Assembly: GCA_964016885.1 (NCBI GenBank)
Contig: OZ024742.1
Span: 338,024,001 to 338,088,000 of the forward strand
Source of the DNA: Eledone cirrhosa
Taxonomy: Eukaryota
Reading direction: 5' to 3'
DNA length: 64,000 nucleotides
Each line of letters opens with the position of its first letter. Position 1 is the stretch's first letter. The notes under the pieces were generated by a model. It searched no databases, was not told the DNA's origin, and was given only the letters and a program-made list of their open reading frames with translations. Of the stretch, positions 51,345 through 64,000 are shown in pieces. The position numbers and the translations under genes are program-made.

Positions 51345-53876
51345 ACACTGAGGTACATGGTGGGCACGGTTACGGCTCAAGAAATGAAGGAGTGAGCCTT
51401 CTTGAATTTTGTGATGCAAGTACACTGACTATTTGCAACACAAACAGAAACCTGCCAACCACCTAATAACCTACAAATCAGGCGAGCACATAAGCCAGAT
51501 TGACTTCTTACTAGTTAGGCAGCGGGGACAGGCAGATGGTGTCAAATACCAAGGCATACCCTGGGGAAGAATGTACCCCACAGCATAGGTTAGTCGTTAG
51601 TGATATCTCAGTAAACAAGAGATGGAATGAGACATACAGGAAGGTGTGGAGAAGAAAGGTCTGGAAGCTAAAAGACCTTTCACTAAAATACAAATTTAGG
51701 AAAGCCCTTCAAGGGGTGTATGACGAAAAAGAAGACGATTTAGAGTCGTATGACATAGATAATAACTGGAATTTCTTACGTGACAACTTACTGCAGGCTA
51801 CTGATGAAACTTGTGGCTGGAGCAGAGAGTGACCTGGTGGTGGAACAGTACAGTAGATAGGGCCATTAGAGACAAAAGACTAGCATGGAAGGCTTGGAAA
51901 AAGGGTGGGAGTAGAGAAGGATACACAGCTGCTAAGAGAGAAGCTAGACGTCAGGTGTACTTAGCACGCAGGGAGGCTGAGAGTAGGAGGTTTGCCAATG
52001 TTCTGCGATGGGAAGATCAGAAGTGTGCGGTGTTCCACATTGCAAGGCAGTGTGTCAATGCAAATCAGGATGTTGGAGATAAATGTATCCGGAATGATGC
52101 CGGTGTACTTAGTGTCACGAATGATCAGAAAAAGGAGGCCTGGAAATGTCATTATGAGAGAGTGATGAATGTGGAGAACGAATGGGAGAGAGAGAAATTA
52201 CTCTTAGTAGCTCTGACAGAGGGACCAGCTATTGAGATTGACGAATATAGGGTCCAAGAGGCGATTAAGGAAATGAAAAATGGTAAGGCTGCTGGACCGT
52301 CGGGGATAGTTGCTGAGATGCTGAAGGCATCAGGGGACGTAGGCACTAACCTGGTTGCACGCATCATCAATCAAGCTATATATGGCGGTGTCATACCCAA
52401 AGACTGGTGTAGCAGTATTCTCATAAATTGGTACAAAGGTAAAGGGGATGCTCTGGAGAGGAGCAATTATAGGGGTATAAAACTGATGGATCAGGTTATG
52501 AAAGTGGCAGAAAGGATATTAGCACAGCTAATTAGAGAAAGGGTCAAGCTAGATGAGATGCAGTTTGGTTTTGTGCCCTCTTCTTGGTGAGACAATTACA
52601 AGAGAGGTTCTTAGAGAAGAATAAGCCACTATACTTAGCCTTTGTTGACCTAGAGAAGGCCTTTGATAGGGTACCCCGATCTGTCATCTGGTGGTCCCTA
52701 AGAAAACTAGGTGTTGAGGAATGGCTTGAGAGGACAGTGCAAACTTTGTACAGAGGGGCTGTCAGTAAAGTCAGTGTAGGAATGGAGTTTAGTGAGGAAT
52801 TCCAGATACAAGTAGGAGTACATCAAGGTTTGGTCCTCAGCCTGCTTTTGTTCATTATAGTCCTCCAAGCCATAACAGGGGAGTTTAAGACTGGCTGTCC
52901 ATGGGAACTTCTCTATGCTGACGATCTGATTCTTATAGCAGAATCAGTAGAGGAGATAGAGAATAAATTCTGGCTATGGAAACAGCAGTTGGAAGCAAGA
53001 GGACTGAGAGTGACCCTAGCTAAGACAAGTGTCGAGTAGAAAAGAGGACAAAACTCTGATTCCGTCAGGGAAATGGTCATGTTCGATATGCAGAAAAGGA
53101 ACTGGAATAAATTCTATAAAATGCACACACTGCAGATCCTGGGTACACGAGATGTAGTGGGATAGCAGGCAAACTAACAGGTAGGGAGAAATATGTATTC
53201 AGTAGATGTACAGGGAAATTAGACAGTAGAAGTCGCATTGATAGACACATTTTTCAAATGCAGGCGGGTGCTATAGAAGTAGTGGATAGCTTCCGGTACC
53301 TAGATCAGATTAGCATGGGAAGGGAGTGTTCCAAGGCCATAGTATCTAGAATAAGGATGGGTTGGAAGAAGTTTAGGAAGCTGCTTCCTCTGCTGACGAA
53401 GAAGGGTTTCTCCGTGCGTACGAAAGGCCGGTTATATGATGCCTGTGTGAGGAGCGTGATGCTGCATGGTAGTGAGACATGGGCAGCAACTGCAGAGGAT
53501 ATGCGACGGCTGGAAAGAAATGAGGCAAGCATGCTCCGTTGGATGTGCAATGTCAATGTGCGTGAACAACCCAACATGGATATGTTGAGAGAGAAACTGT
53601 GTCTGAGAGGGATAGAATGTAGTGTGCGAGAGAGGAGACTGTGATGCGCATGGAGGATGATCAATGGGTGAAGAAGTGCCAGGAAATGCCAGTTGAAGGA
53701 AGACGTGGTAGAGGTAGACCACGAAAAACATGGGCGGAGGTGGTGAGAACAGACCTCAGATCGCTGAAGCTCACTGTGGAGATGACGCAGGACCGTGACA
53801 AATGGAGAGATGCTGTGTTGAATAAGACCCGTCCCACCTTTGCAAGCAGGGAAAAGCGGACATATGATGATGATGA
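51345..53876 (+). mobile_element. 5'-truncated RTE-type LINE, diverged subfamily (decayed)
   Basis: QIDFLL, PQHRLV, NYRGIKL, FVDLEKAFDRV, LYADD, GRPRKTW and a (GAT)n tail, with frameshifts. Confidence 0.92.
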
Positions 53877-54443
53877 ACTCACCCATGTAAATTTAGCTGG
53901 TTTTCTAAGATGTAGCCTCTCATATAAAGTTTATCAGATGCTTTAATAATATGGGACTGCAATCCATCATGAAAAAAAAAACATTTTTCCTGGACTAGAT
54001 GCCAGTTTGTTAACCTCTAGTTGCTGCTGCTGGTGCATATATATCATCATCATCATTGTTTAACGTCCATCTTCCACGCTAGCATGGGTTAGAAGGTTTT
54101 GTTCCATTTGATGCAGGAATGGTCGGGAGACCGTGTCTTGTTTGCAGCGTCTCTGACAGGTTTTTTACACTGGATGCCCTTCCTAACACCAACCACATTT
54201 ACAGTGTGGACTAATAAATTTAGCAATTTTAGCTGGTCCCTGTAGTGCAGAGGTCCTGACTTTCAGCTGAGTGGACTGGATCTATGTGAAATGAAGCATC
54301 TTGCTCAAGGACATAATTCACTGCTCAGTCCATGAATGAAACTCAGGTAAATACAATACCCTAACCACCACCACTACCCCTTCTGAGATATGCTCATTCA
54401 CTGTATTATCAACTGTTTACTTTTTTCTTTTTTTTTTTTCTAG

Positions 54444-54580
54444 ATTTCTGTCAAAAGAGGAATTAAATAATCTATTGCTCCGTTGCCATGACAACTTGCT
54501 TGACCAAACTTTAACTGATCCTCTAGCTGCCATTTGTAACAAGTTGTGTGATTTTCTCAGCAGCCTCAACAAACAGGATG
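54444..54580 (+). CDS. ORC3: ORC3 exon 14
   Basis: tctag|FLSKEELNNLLLRC...CDFLSSLNKQD|gtcagt; phase 2 to 1. Confidence 0.9.
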
Positions 54581-55009
54581 GTCAGTGTTCATTTGTTGGT
54601 TTTATACAACTTTTGTTCATCATTACTATCATCACCACCACCTTCACCATCACTCCACCTCCACCATCACCATCACTCCACCTCCATTATCAGCATCACT
54701 CCATCACCAACATTATCATCATCATCATCATCATCGTTGAATGTCCATTTTCCTCGCTAGCACAAGTTAGATCTCTCCCATTGTATAACAAGCCAGGTCG
54801 GATGACTGTCTTGCTCATACAGAACTGATTTTGGTTTGGTTTCTGCAGATGGATGTGCTTCCTAACACCAACCGCATTTACAATGTATATTGAGTGCTTC
54901 TTGTGTCACCTACACGACCACTTTATAGTGTGTAGTGAGGGCTTTTTGTCATAACACCTACATGACCACCTTACAGTGTGGACTGGGTGCTTTTTGTTAT
55001 AACACTTAC

Positions 55010-57677
55010 ATAAACACAAAAGCCTACCCTAGTGAGGAATGTACCTCCCAGCATAGCTTAGTTGTCAGCGATCTCACGGTCAGAACTAGACGAACCTGGA
55101 AACAAAGGCTAACCTGGAGAAGAAAAATCTGGAAGCTGAAAGTCCTCTCAACCAGTAACAGATTTAAAGATATTTTACTCAATGCCTAAGACAGTAAAGA
55201 AGAACAGATAGATACATTTAATGTAGAAGAGAACTGGGAGTTCCTAAAAAATAATTTACTAGAGGCGACGGATGAGGTCTGTGGCTGGATTAAGACCTCA
55301 AGCAGGAGGAGAGTGACTTGGTGGTAGAACAATAAGGTAGATGAAGCAGTTAAGGCCAAGAGACAGGCATGGAAAGAATGGAAGAACGGGGGGAGCAGGG
55401 TACATTACATAGAGACCAAGAGGGAAGCTAGGCGACAAGTATACTTAGCTAGGAGGGAAGCAGAGGATAGAAAATTCAAGCATGTTTTGCAACGTGAGGA
55501 CCAGAAACAGGAGGTATTCAAGATTGCGAGGCAGTGTGTCAGAGATAGTTGTGATGTCATTGGAGAGAAGTGTATCCGGAATGATAAAGGTGAGCTTGCC
55601 CTCACAAATGCTGAGAAGAAAGATGCATGGAAGAGTCATTATGATAGATTACTAAATGAGGAGAATGCATGGGAAGAAGAGACCCTACCCCAAGTAGACC
55701 CTATAGAGGGGCCAGCAGTACAAGTCAGCAGCAACGTAGTAAGTAAGGCAATCAAAGATATGAAGATGGGGAAGGCAACCGGTCCATCGGGTATAGCTGC
55801 CGAGATGCTGAAGGCATCTGGGTCTGTAGGTCACACTATAACCACACGTATTGTTAACCAGGTAATACTAGGTGTCATACCAAAAGATTGGTGCAGTAGC
55901 ATCATTGTCAACTGCTACAAAGGTAAAGGCGATGCACTAGATAGAGGAAACTATAGAGGTATAAAGTTGATGGACCAGGTCATGAAAGTAACAGAAAGTT
56001 ATAGCACAGTTGATTAGGGACCGGGTGAAAATAGACGAGATGCAATTTGGGTTTGTACCAGGAAGAGGCACCACTGATGCCCTCTTCCTTGTGAGGCAGT
56101 TACAGGAAAAGTACCTAGCTAAAAGTAAGCCACTCTACTTGGCATTTGTCGACCTTGAGAAAGCCTTTGACAGAGTTCCACGTGCTGTAATCTGGTGGGC
56201 TCTTAGAAAACTAGGAGTAGATGAATGGCTTGTGAAAGCGGTACAAGCCATGTATAGGGGAGCAGTCAGCAAAGTTAGGATTAGCAATGAGTATAGCGAG
56301 GAATTTAGCGTACAGGTTGGGGTCCACCAGGGCTCTGTTCTTAGCCCTCTCCTGTTCATCATAGTCCTGCAGGCAATAACGGAGGAGTTTAAGACCGGAT
56401 GCCCATGGGAACTCCTGTATGCTGATGACCTCGCACTCATAGCTGAATCTATGGTAGAACTAGAGAATAAATTCCAAACTTGGAAGCAGGGACTAGAAAG
56501 AAAGGGTCTCAAAGTCAACATGACAAAGACTAAGGTCCTTGTAAGTAGACGAGAAAACAGAACCCAGATACCCTCAGGGAAATGGCCTTGCTCAGTATGT
56601 AGGAAAGGTGTAGGTAGGAACTCCATTCTCTGCCCCAAATGCAAACAATGGGTACACAAGAGATGTAGCGGGATCTCAGTAAGCTTAATTAATAATGTAG
56701 GCTTCACATGCAGCAGCTGTGCTGGGACAGCAAGCAGCAAACAGCCACAGGAAACAAGTACCACCAATCTCTGGGAGGGCTCTGTAGAAACAGTAGACAG
56801 CTTCTGCTACCTAGGTGACCGAATTAGCAGCGGAGGTGGGTGTTCAGAAAGTACAATAACTAGGGTAAGAACGGGATGGAAGAAGTTTAGGGAACTACTA
56901 CCACTGCTAGCTGCAAAAGGCTTCTCCCTCAGAATGAAAGGCAGACTGTATGATGTGTGTATCCGAACAGCAATGTTGAATGGTAGTGAGACCTGGGCGC
57001 TGAAGGTGGAAGACTTACGTAGATTAGAGAGAAACGAAGCCTGCATGCTCCGATGGATGTGTAACAGTAATATACATGAACGACAAAGCATAAATGAATT
57101 GGGAGAGACTGAGCAAAAGAGGAATCAAATGCTGTGTGCAGGAGAGGCGATTGCGCTGGTATGGACATGTGATGCGTATGAAGGATGACAGCTGCATAAA
57201 AAGGTGCAGAGCACTAGAAGTTGATGGAAACCGCGGAGTGGGGGAGACCCAAGATGACCTGGGATGAGGTGATAAAAGCCGACCTTACCCAATTACACCT
57301 CAAAGGCAATGACACTCGACCGTGACCTCTGGCGTCACGCAGTAATACAGAGTACCCGACCTCCCATGGGTACAAGCTGAAGCATATAGACAATATGCCC
57401 CCACACCCCCCACCGCAAGGTGGTCGTGGAGGTGCCACGGCAAAAAAGCACCCAGCCCACACTGTAAAGTGGACGTGTAGGCGCCACGAAAAAGCACCCA
57501 GCACTCACTGTAAATGAGGTTGGTGTTAGGAAGGGCATCCAGCTGTAGAAATCAAGCCAAATCAGTTCCTGTATGAGCAAGGCATGGTCAGCCGACCAGA
57601 CACTGACCACAACAGGACAACCCGTCTAACCCATGCTAGCGTGGAAGAATGGACGTAAAACGGTGATGATGATGATG
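55010..57677 (+). mobile_element. 5'-truncated RTE-type LINE (best-preserved RT, ORF 56010-57188)
   Basis: QFGFVPGRGTTDA, FVDLEKAFDRV, GVHQGSVLSPLLF, LYADD, C4HC3 finger, FCYLG. 3' UTR with 48-bp-type units and a (GAT)n tail. Confidence 0.94.
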
Positions 57678-58133
57678 ACCACCTTACAGTGTGGATTGGG
57701 TGCTTTTTGTAATAACACCTACATGACCACCTTACAGTGTGGACTGGGTGCTTTTTGTCAACACCTACATGACCACCTTACAGTGTGGACTGGGCACTTT
57801 ATTACATGCATTTTCCCATTGTTGCATGTGTTGGTCAAAATCCTTATCTGACAGGTTGTTTTACAGACACATGCCCATCCTGAGATCCAGGCCATATTTT
57901 ATTCCAAGTGTGGTACATGTTACTTTTTTTTTCAAGTCTGGTACTTATGTTATCAAACTCTTTTTGTTCAATGGCTAAGTTATGAGATATAAACGAACAC
58001 AGACAAGGATGGGGGGGACATGTGCACACACGCACGCACACACACACCAATATATACACAATAGGCTTCTAGACAGTTTCTGTCTACCAAATTTCACACA
58101 GATATGTATTTTTTTTTTATTTTCTGTTTTTAG

Positions 58134-58228
58134 ATGAAAACGATGAGGGAGAAGAGGAGAAAGACAAAGATGAAGAGGAACAACAGACACAGTTACCTAA
58201 ACGAACAAATCTACACAACTTACGGAAG
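58134..58228 (+). CDS. ORC3: ORC3 exon 15
   Basis: tttag|ENDEGEEEKDKDEEEQQTQLPKRTNLHNLRK|gtaagt; phase 1 to 0. Confidence 0.92.
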
Positions 58229-58593
58229 GTAAGTTTCTCTGTGTGTGCCTCTTTTTTATGTAATGTGTACACACACATTCATACATACAGTAAATAGTGC
58301 TTCTCTTATAATGATGGCCATCTGATTCCAGTAAGGTCAATACAGTTATTGATCCTGTTGAATAATTGTAATTCAAAGAAGACCTTTGATAAATGACTTT
58401 TACTTATAAAAGTGAACATAACATTTTGTTTACAACATTAATTTGAAGTTTCACCAGTACAGTTTGTTTTCTGACTTGAATTTAATACCTTGTGATATGT
58501 AATTTACCATGGCTGACATCGGCAACAGCAGTGGACAGATACAGAAACTTGCTTCTGGAAATAGATATTAAACAGTGATGCTGATGATGATAC

Positions 58594-59113
58594 ATGGTAG
58601 TGAGACCTGGGCGCTGTGTGTAGAAGACTTGCGTAGATTAGAAAAAAAACGAAGTTTGCATGTTCTGATGGATGTGTAATAGTAATATACGCGAATGGTG
58701 AAGCAGAAATGAACTGAGAGAGAGACTGAGCATAAGAGGGATCAAATTCGGTTGGAGATGGTAGGTTCTTAAGAAAACCAGGAATATATCACATTAGAAG
58801 TATAAACAAAGGGTAGAGAAGGAAACCTGGAGAGCAAAAGTACTGGTTGTGTGTAGAGACCCAAGATGGATGTGATGTGCATGGACAATGACGCTGGGGG
58901 AAGAAATGCCAGGAAATCACAGTGGAAGGAAACTGCAGTAGAGATAGACCAAGAAAGACCTGGGCAGAGGTTGTGAGAGCTGACCTCAAATCACTGAAAC
59001 TCACACAGATGACGACAAAGGATTGTGACTGGTGGAGAGATGCTGTGCTGAGAAGGACCCATCTATTCCATGCTCCAAATGTGGAAAAACAGACGTAAAA
59101 ATGATGATGATGA
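58594..59113 (+). mobile_element. RTE 3' fragments
   Basis: HGSETWAL and RPRKTWAEVV remnants, with a (GAT)n tail. Confidence 0.8.
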
Positions 59114-59183
59114 TAAGTCAGATGATTGTGTCTTGCTCTTATGCTTTTTATTATCCTTTTGGTTGTTTGCTGCTATATTTCAG

Positions 59184-59275
59184 ACTCTGCAAGAAATGGA
59201 TAAGAAAAAGAAAAAACTATCACCATTTGAGAAATTACGAGAAGAAATCATATCATATATGGATAGCAATTTCAG
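59184..59275 (+). CDS. ORC3: ORC3 exon 16
   Basis: ttcag|TLQEMDKKKKKLSPFEKLREEIISYMDSNFR|gtatga; phase 0 to 2. Confidence 0.93.
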
Positions 59276-60149
59276 GTATGACTACATATCACTGTTTCTT
59301 ACATTACAATGACATTCACTTTTTAGTCTTTTCTGTAGAAAAGTTTCTCTCTGACCACTTTCCTCGATTATCTGATATCTTTTCATTGTATAACTGTCTC
59401 TTAACCATCTTGTTACCTTACTACTAATGAAAAACACTGTCTATGATTTTCAAATAATTTTTAAAATAATGGAGAATGTGAAGGGAATTAGTAATATAAC
59501 TTAATTTTCACATTAATATGTTGGTGTTTGGAACATAACAAAGGTTCTTAAATTAAATTATGATAGTAAGTTGGTTCTTTAAACCTTTTGTTACTATATT
59601 TCTAATAAAAGATACTGCCTTTGATTTTACAATAATTTTGGAAAATAAAGAATTTCATTTTCAATGAAACCAAAAGTTCTTATATCAAATTATTGGAAGA
59701 TATCAATTTTAATAGAAATGGCTGGATTGTTTTATAGAACCATGGTTTTGTCTGAGTTGGTATGGAAAAGCTTAAGAACCATTTCGATTGTCTATATCAT
59801 CATCATCACCTTCTTTTAACGTTTGTTTTCCCTGCTAGCAAAGATTAGGGGTATTTTAACTGAAAGGTCAGTACTCAAGAGAAGCCAGCAACATCCAGAT
59901 GGGCTGGGGGCCAACATCTCCCTTACATATGATCCTGTGCTCTTGGAAGGTTGTCATATCTTTGGCACAGCTGGAGAGTCCTTTTGGCTGTTTGTTGCCA
60001 GATTTTCTACTGTTGGATGCCCTTCTTATCACCAATTACTTTACAGAGCGTACTGGTTGGGTTTGTGTTAATGCTCTACAATATTACTCAAAATTCTGCC
60101 GTAGTGCTGATGTAGGAAATAATTATTTTCTGAATTGTTCTTTCATTAG

Positions 60150-60291
60150 GATTTTCCTGAGATGTCCATCAACTGTCCCACTTCATGAAATATTCTATTA
60201 TGATTCATTGCCTTTATTACGGGATTATCTCACAGCATGTCCTCGAGCAGCCATTCAGAATGCTCTCTCTCAGCCACACACCTACATCAAA
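60150..60291 (+). CDS. ORC3: ORC3 exon 17
   Basis: attag|IFLRCPSTVPLHEIFYY...ACPRAAIQNALSQPHTYIK|gtatgt; phase 2 to 0. Confidence 0.95.
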
Positions 60292-61084
60292 GTATGTATT
60301 AAAGATGTTTTATCTCTTTCTCATATCTATATATATATAGAGAGAGAGAGTGAGAAAATCACCATCAACATCATTACCAACATCACCACCACAACCACTG
60401 CTTTTTTTCTTTATTTCTTTTGTTTACCTTGCTGGCATGAGACTTTTGTAAGTGTGGAGAACTTGATGTTAAATCATGATTTATATTCATATTTCTCATA
60501 ACTCATCATCATCATTATTATTTCAATTAAGAATTCAGATTTACTAAACTTATTATTTCCTTATTAACCATTTCTTTAACATATTTCTACTGAAAGACAT
60601 TGCCTATGATTTCGAATAATTTTGAATAGAATCAAAAATATGGAGGGATTTACTAATGTTGTTTCTACATTTGGCACAAGGCTAGCAAATTAAAGGAAAT
60701 GAGTACATCAGTTAAATCGACCCCAGTGCGTTACTGGTACTTTATTAACTATATGCCGCAAAACATGTTGTTCGACGCTCCACTGCCCTAGTAATTTAGT
60801 GAACTTCTCATTCTTAAGTTGGTGTTTGGAACATAACTTAACAAAAATTCTTACATAAAATTGTGATTGAAGGATTTTTTTAGATAAATATAAACACTTA
60901 AAAACATTGTTTTAGAAGGACAGGGGGCAGCAGTTTCAGATGGTTTAATACCAAAAGGGTTAAGATGACAAACTAACAAATGGTTTTTCTATAAAGACAA
61001 AAACAAAAAATATTAGATAAAATGTTTGACACAAAGATTCCCCTTATCTTCATGACTGTACAACATGGTTTTCTTGTTATGTAG

Positions 61085-61201
61085 TGTGATTGCTGTAAAG
61101 CTGATGCAGGAGTGATTCTATCTTCTCATCCAGATGTTTGTGTGGCATATAAACTACATCTAGAATGTGGCCGCTTAATCAATCTATATGATTGGTTGCA
61201 G
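61085..61201 (+). CDS. ORC3: ORC3 exon 18 (winged-helix region)
   Basis: tgtag|[39 protein letters not shown]|gtaagt; hallmark ORC3 C-terminal motif; phase 0 to 0. Confidence 0.97.
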
Positions 61202-62903
61202 GTAAGTACAGGTTCTGTTACGTGTCACTATATTCCATGTACTCTCAGGTCTCAAATAATAATATAGTGGGGTAGTTTTTCTAGGTTGTCTCTCTTGATT
61301 TTTTTTTTTAAACCAGAATTAATCGTTTAGTTTACATATTGAGACCCCAACCTATCGTATTTATTTTATAAATCTTGTAATGTACTTTTTTGTCATGTAT
61401 AATGTTTTTCAATGTCTAAAGAAAATTATCACAGGAATGCTACCACTTAAAATAAAATGTTGCCGGATATAGAATAGCAAAATTTAATAAGCAGGGTGGG
61501 GTTGGAATAAGAGTTGGAGCATTGGAAAAAATCTGAAAAATTATTTAGTACTGGGATGATTATTCAAGACTTGAGATTTTGTTACATTTCATGCTTGTTA
61601 CATTCCTTGTATAGATTCAATTAAATATTAAGGGAAATTTTATTTATAGGAAAAATATAGAATAAAAAATCATCATTTAGCATCAACCTTTTTATGAACA
61701 TATTTCTAATAAAATACACCCTTCATGTGTTTTAATTATTTTTGAAAATAACCAAGAATTTGGAGAGATTTGGTAAAATACTTAACTTTTTCGTTATTAA
61801 AGCAGGGTTTTGATATATCATCACTGTTTAACATCCATTTTCCACGCTAGCATGGGATAGACAAGTTGTCCAGTTATGAGACAAGCCAGGTCAGGTGACC
61901 ATGTCTTGCTCATACAGAACTGATTTTGGTTTGGTTTCTACAGCTGGATGCCCTTCCTAATGCCAACCACATTTACAGTGTGTACTGAGTGCTTTTTGTT
62001 GTCACCTACATGACCACTTTACAGTGTGGACTGGGGTGGGTGGGTGAGGTTTAGAAACAAATTATGATGGAAGGGCTTAAAATAATTAGGAAGATTTTGA
62101 AACTGTCATAGAGCCAAAGGCACTCTCATGTAGGTGGGTGTCAAAGAGGTTCCGGCAGTAAGTTGGTGGAGTTTTATGCAATGACAAATATTGGTTATAA
62201 ACAAACATAGAAATGTTTTTTGATCCAAACACTTCAGGAAAGTGTTGTGTGGAAATGCTGTAGTATGGCCTGAAGTAGTGTCATACTGTAAGTGTGAAAT
62301 GTCTGTGACCCCATTTACTTGTAGCCATCTTGTGGTATAGGGTTGCCTGGCCAATTGGCATTTTTATCAGGTGATGTATTTAAATATATAGGATAGGGAA
62401 GACTTTTCAATCTTGCCAAGTAAATGAGATCCCCTTTAGTGCTAGTGCCACAATAAAATGCACCCAGTACACTCTGTAAGTTGATAGTGTTAGTGCAACA
62501 ATAAAACGCACCCAATACACTGTTAAGCAGTAATGCTGGTGCCATGGTTAAATGCACCCATACACTCAAATTGGTAGTACTGGTTTCATGATAAAATGCA
62601 CCCAGTACACTCTGTAAATTGGTAGTACTGGTTCCATCATAAGATGGTTGGCATCAGGAAGAACATCTAGCCATAGAATCTGTCAAAATAAGGAACGTAT
62701 GAGCAAGATGTAGACTCTTTGACACATGATTAAATGACTGGCACAATTGTTAGTCATATATGCCTTGATCTGATCAATGAAGCATGAAAACATTTCTAAT
62801 TTAGTTTATAAAATTCTGTTGTTTTAATTAGTTTGTAATTTTATTGTTTTAATTAAAGCTTGTAATTCTATTGTTTTAATTAAAGTTTCTAATTTTATTG
62901 CAG

Positions 62904-62974
62904 TCATTTATAACAGTTCTAGAAGAAGATTGTGAAAACAAGCAGAAGTCAAAAGATAAACACAAAGTGTTACA
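62904..62974 (+). CDS. ORC3: ORC3 exon 19 (final exon outside the window)
   Basis: tgcag|SFITVLEEDCENKQKSKDKHKVL|gtatcctttt; phase 0 to 2. Confidence 0.88.
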
Positions 62975-62983
62975 GTATCCTTT
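62975..62983 (+). promoter_or_regulatory. U12-type (minor spliceosome) 5' splice site
   Basis: GTATCCTTT, an exact match to the RTATCCTTT consensus. Confidence 0.85.
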
Positions 62984-63742
62984 TGTTTAGAGTGTGTGAA
63001 TGGTGACTGCATAGAATAGAGAGGACTCTTTAATCTTGTTAAGAACCTGACATCCTTTCTAGTACTGGAGCCATTCTATAAAGTAGTTGGTGATTGATCA
63101 CTGTAGAGAGGACTCCTTGGTCTTGTTAAATGACAACCTCTCTAGTGCTGGTGCCATCATAAAATGAACACAGTAGATTCTGTAAAGTGGTTGTTGACAG
63201 ACCATAAACAATATAATTTGATGAACCAATTTGACAATTTTGCATAATTTTATACAAATTACTGTATATACTTGTGTATTTGTCAAGAAATATGTAACAA
63301 AGGAAAATGATGATAAAGTGGTGAGCAGTCTTATATTCGAGGTCAATAGTAGTTGTACTGGCGTTACACAGTACTACAGAAGTCCTCACATCCCATGGGT
63401 ACAAGCCGAAGCTGAAGCATATAGACAATATGCCACCCCATCCCCCTCCCACTGCAAAGTAGTTGTGGATGTGTCATGATGAAAAAACACCCAGCCCACA
63501 CTGTAAAGTAGTCGTGTAGGTGCCATAGCTTAGCTTATATTTGTATTGACTTATATACAAGTATATACTAAAAAGAAGAGTAATTATTGTATTCATGGAT
63601 AGTTAAAAGCTTGTTAACTTTGTGTATAAGTGAAAGCTGAAAGCGTGGAGACATTGTATTAACCGACTTAATCCTTTTGATACCAAACTGCCTGAAGCTG
63701 TCCCTTGTTCTACAATATAAAACTATTTGTTTTAAAGTGTAT

Positions 63743-64000
63743 CATCATCATCATCATCATCATCATCAACGTTTAACGTCCGTGTTCCACGCTTGCATGG
63801 GTTTGGACGGGGGTAGTTCCACTTGAGGCAAGAGTGATTGTCTTGCTCGCATAGGACTGTCTGGCAGGTTTTCTACAGTTGGATGCCCTTCCTAACACCA
63901 ACCACATTTACAGTGTGGGTCTGGGAGGTTTTTACCGTGTTGCCTACACGGCCACATTACAGCGTGGACTGTGTGTTTTTTTGTCGTGACACCTACACGA
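63743..64000 (-). mobile_element. RTE 3' end running off the window
   Basis: Near-identical to 13617-13885, including the (TCA)n tail. Confidence 0.9.

Overview
AT-rich, repeat-dense animal genomic DNA. The C2H2 finger style ([16 protein letters not shown]), tRNA-derived SINEs and RTE LINEs point to a coleoid cephalopod such as Octopus; this is inference. The main gene is ORC3 on the + strand: 19 phase-consistent GT-AG-bounded coding exons from ATG 21146 to 62974 (2048 nt). It has tandem E2F-like sites upstream, and its last visible intron starts with a U12-type donor (GTATCCTTT); the final exon lies beyond the window. Upstream are a C2H2 zinc-finger pseudogene broken by four reconstructable insertions, two Penelope-like elements (Neptune-like and Naiad-like), nested non-autonomous Helitrons and RTE LINE remnants. 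The most unusual content is non-coding RNA structure. Seven foldable type I hammerhead motifs of five sequence families lie within 6.2-16.7 kb, truncated sense-strand copies lie in ORC3 intron 1, and a speculative circularly permuted pistol-like fold sits at the 5' end of an RTE-like LINE. Introns also carry minisatellites derived from retroelement sequence, a 5.8-kb nearly G-free (CT/CA) satellite in frame with exon 9, and RTE copies with a PHD-type finger inside the RT. All RNA folds and homology calls were made by eye and from memory; no database search was run.
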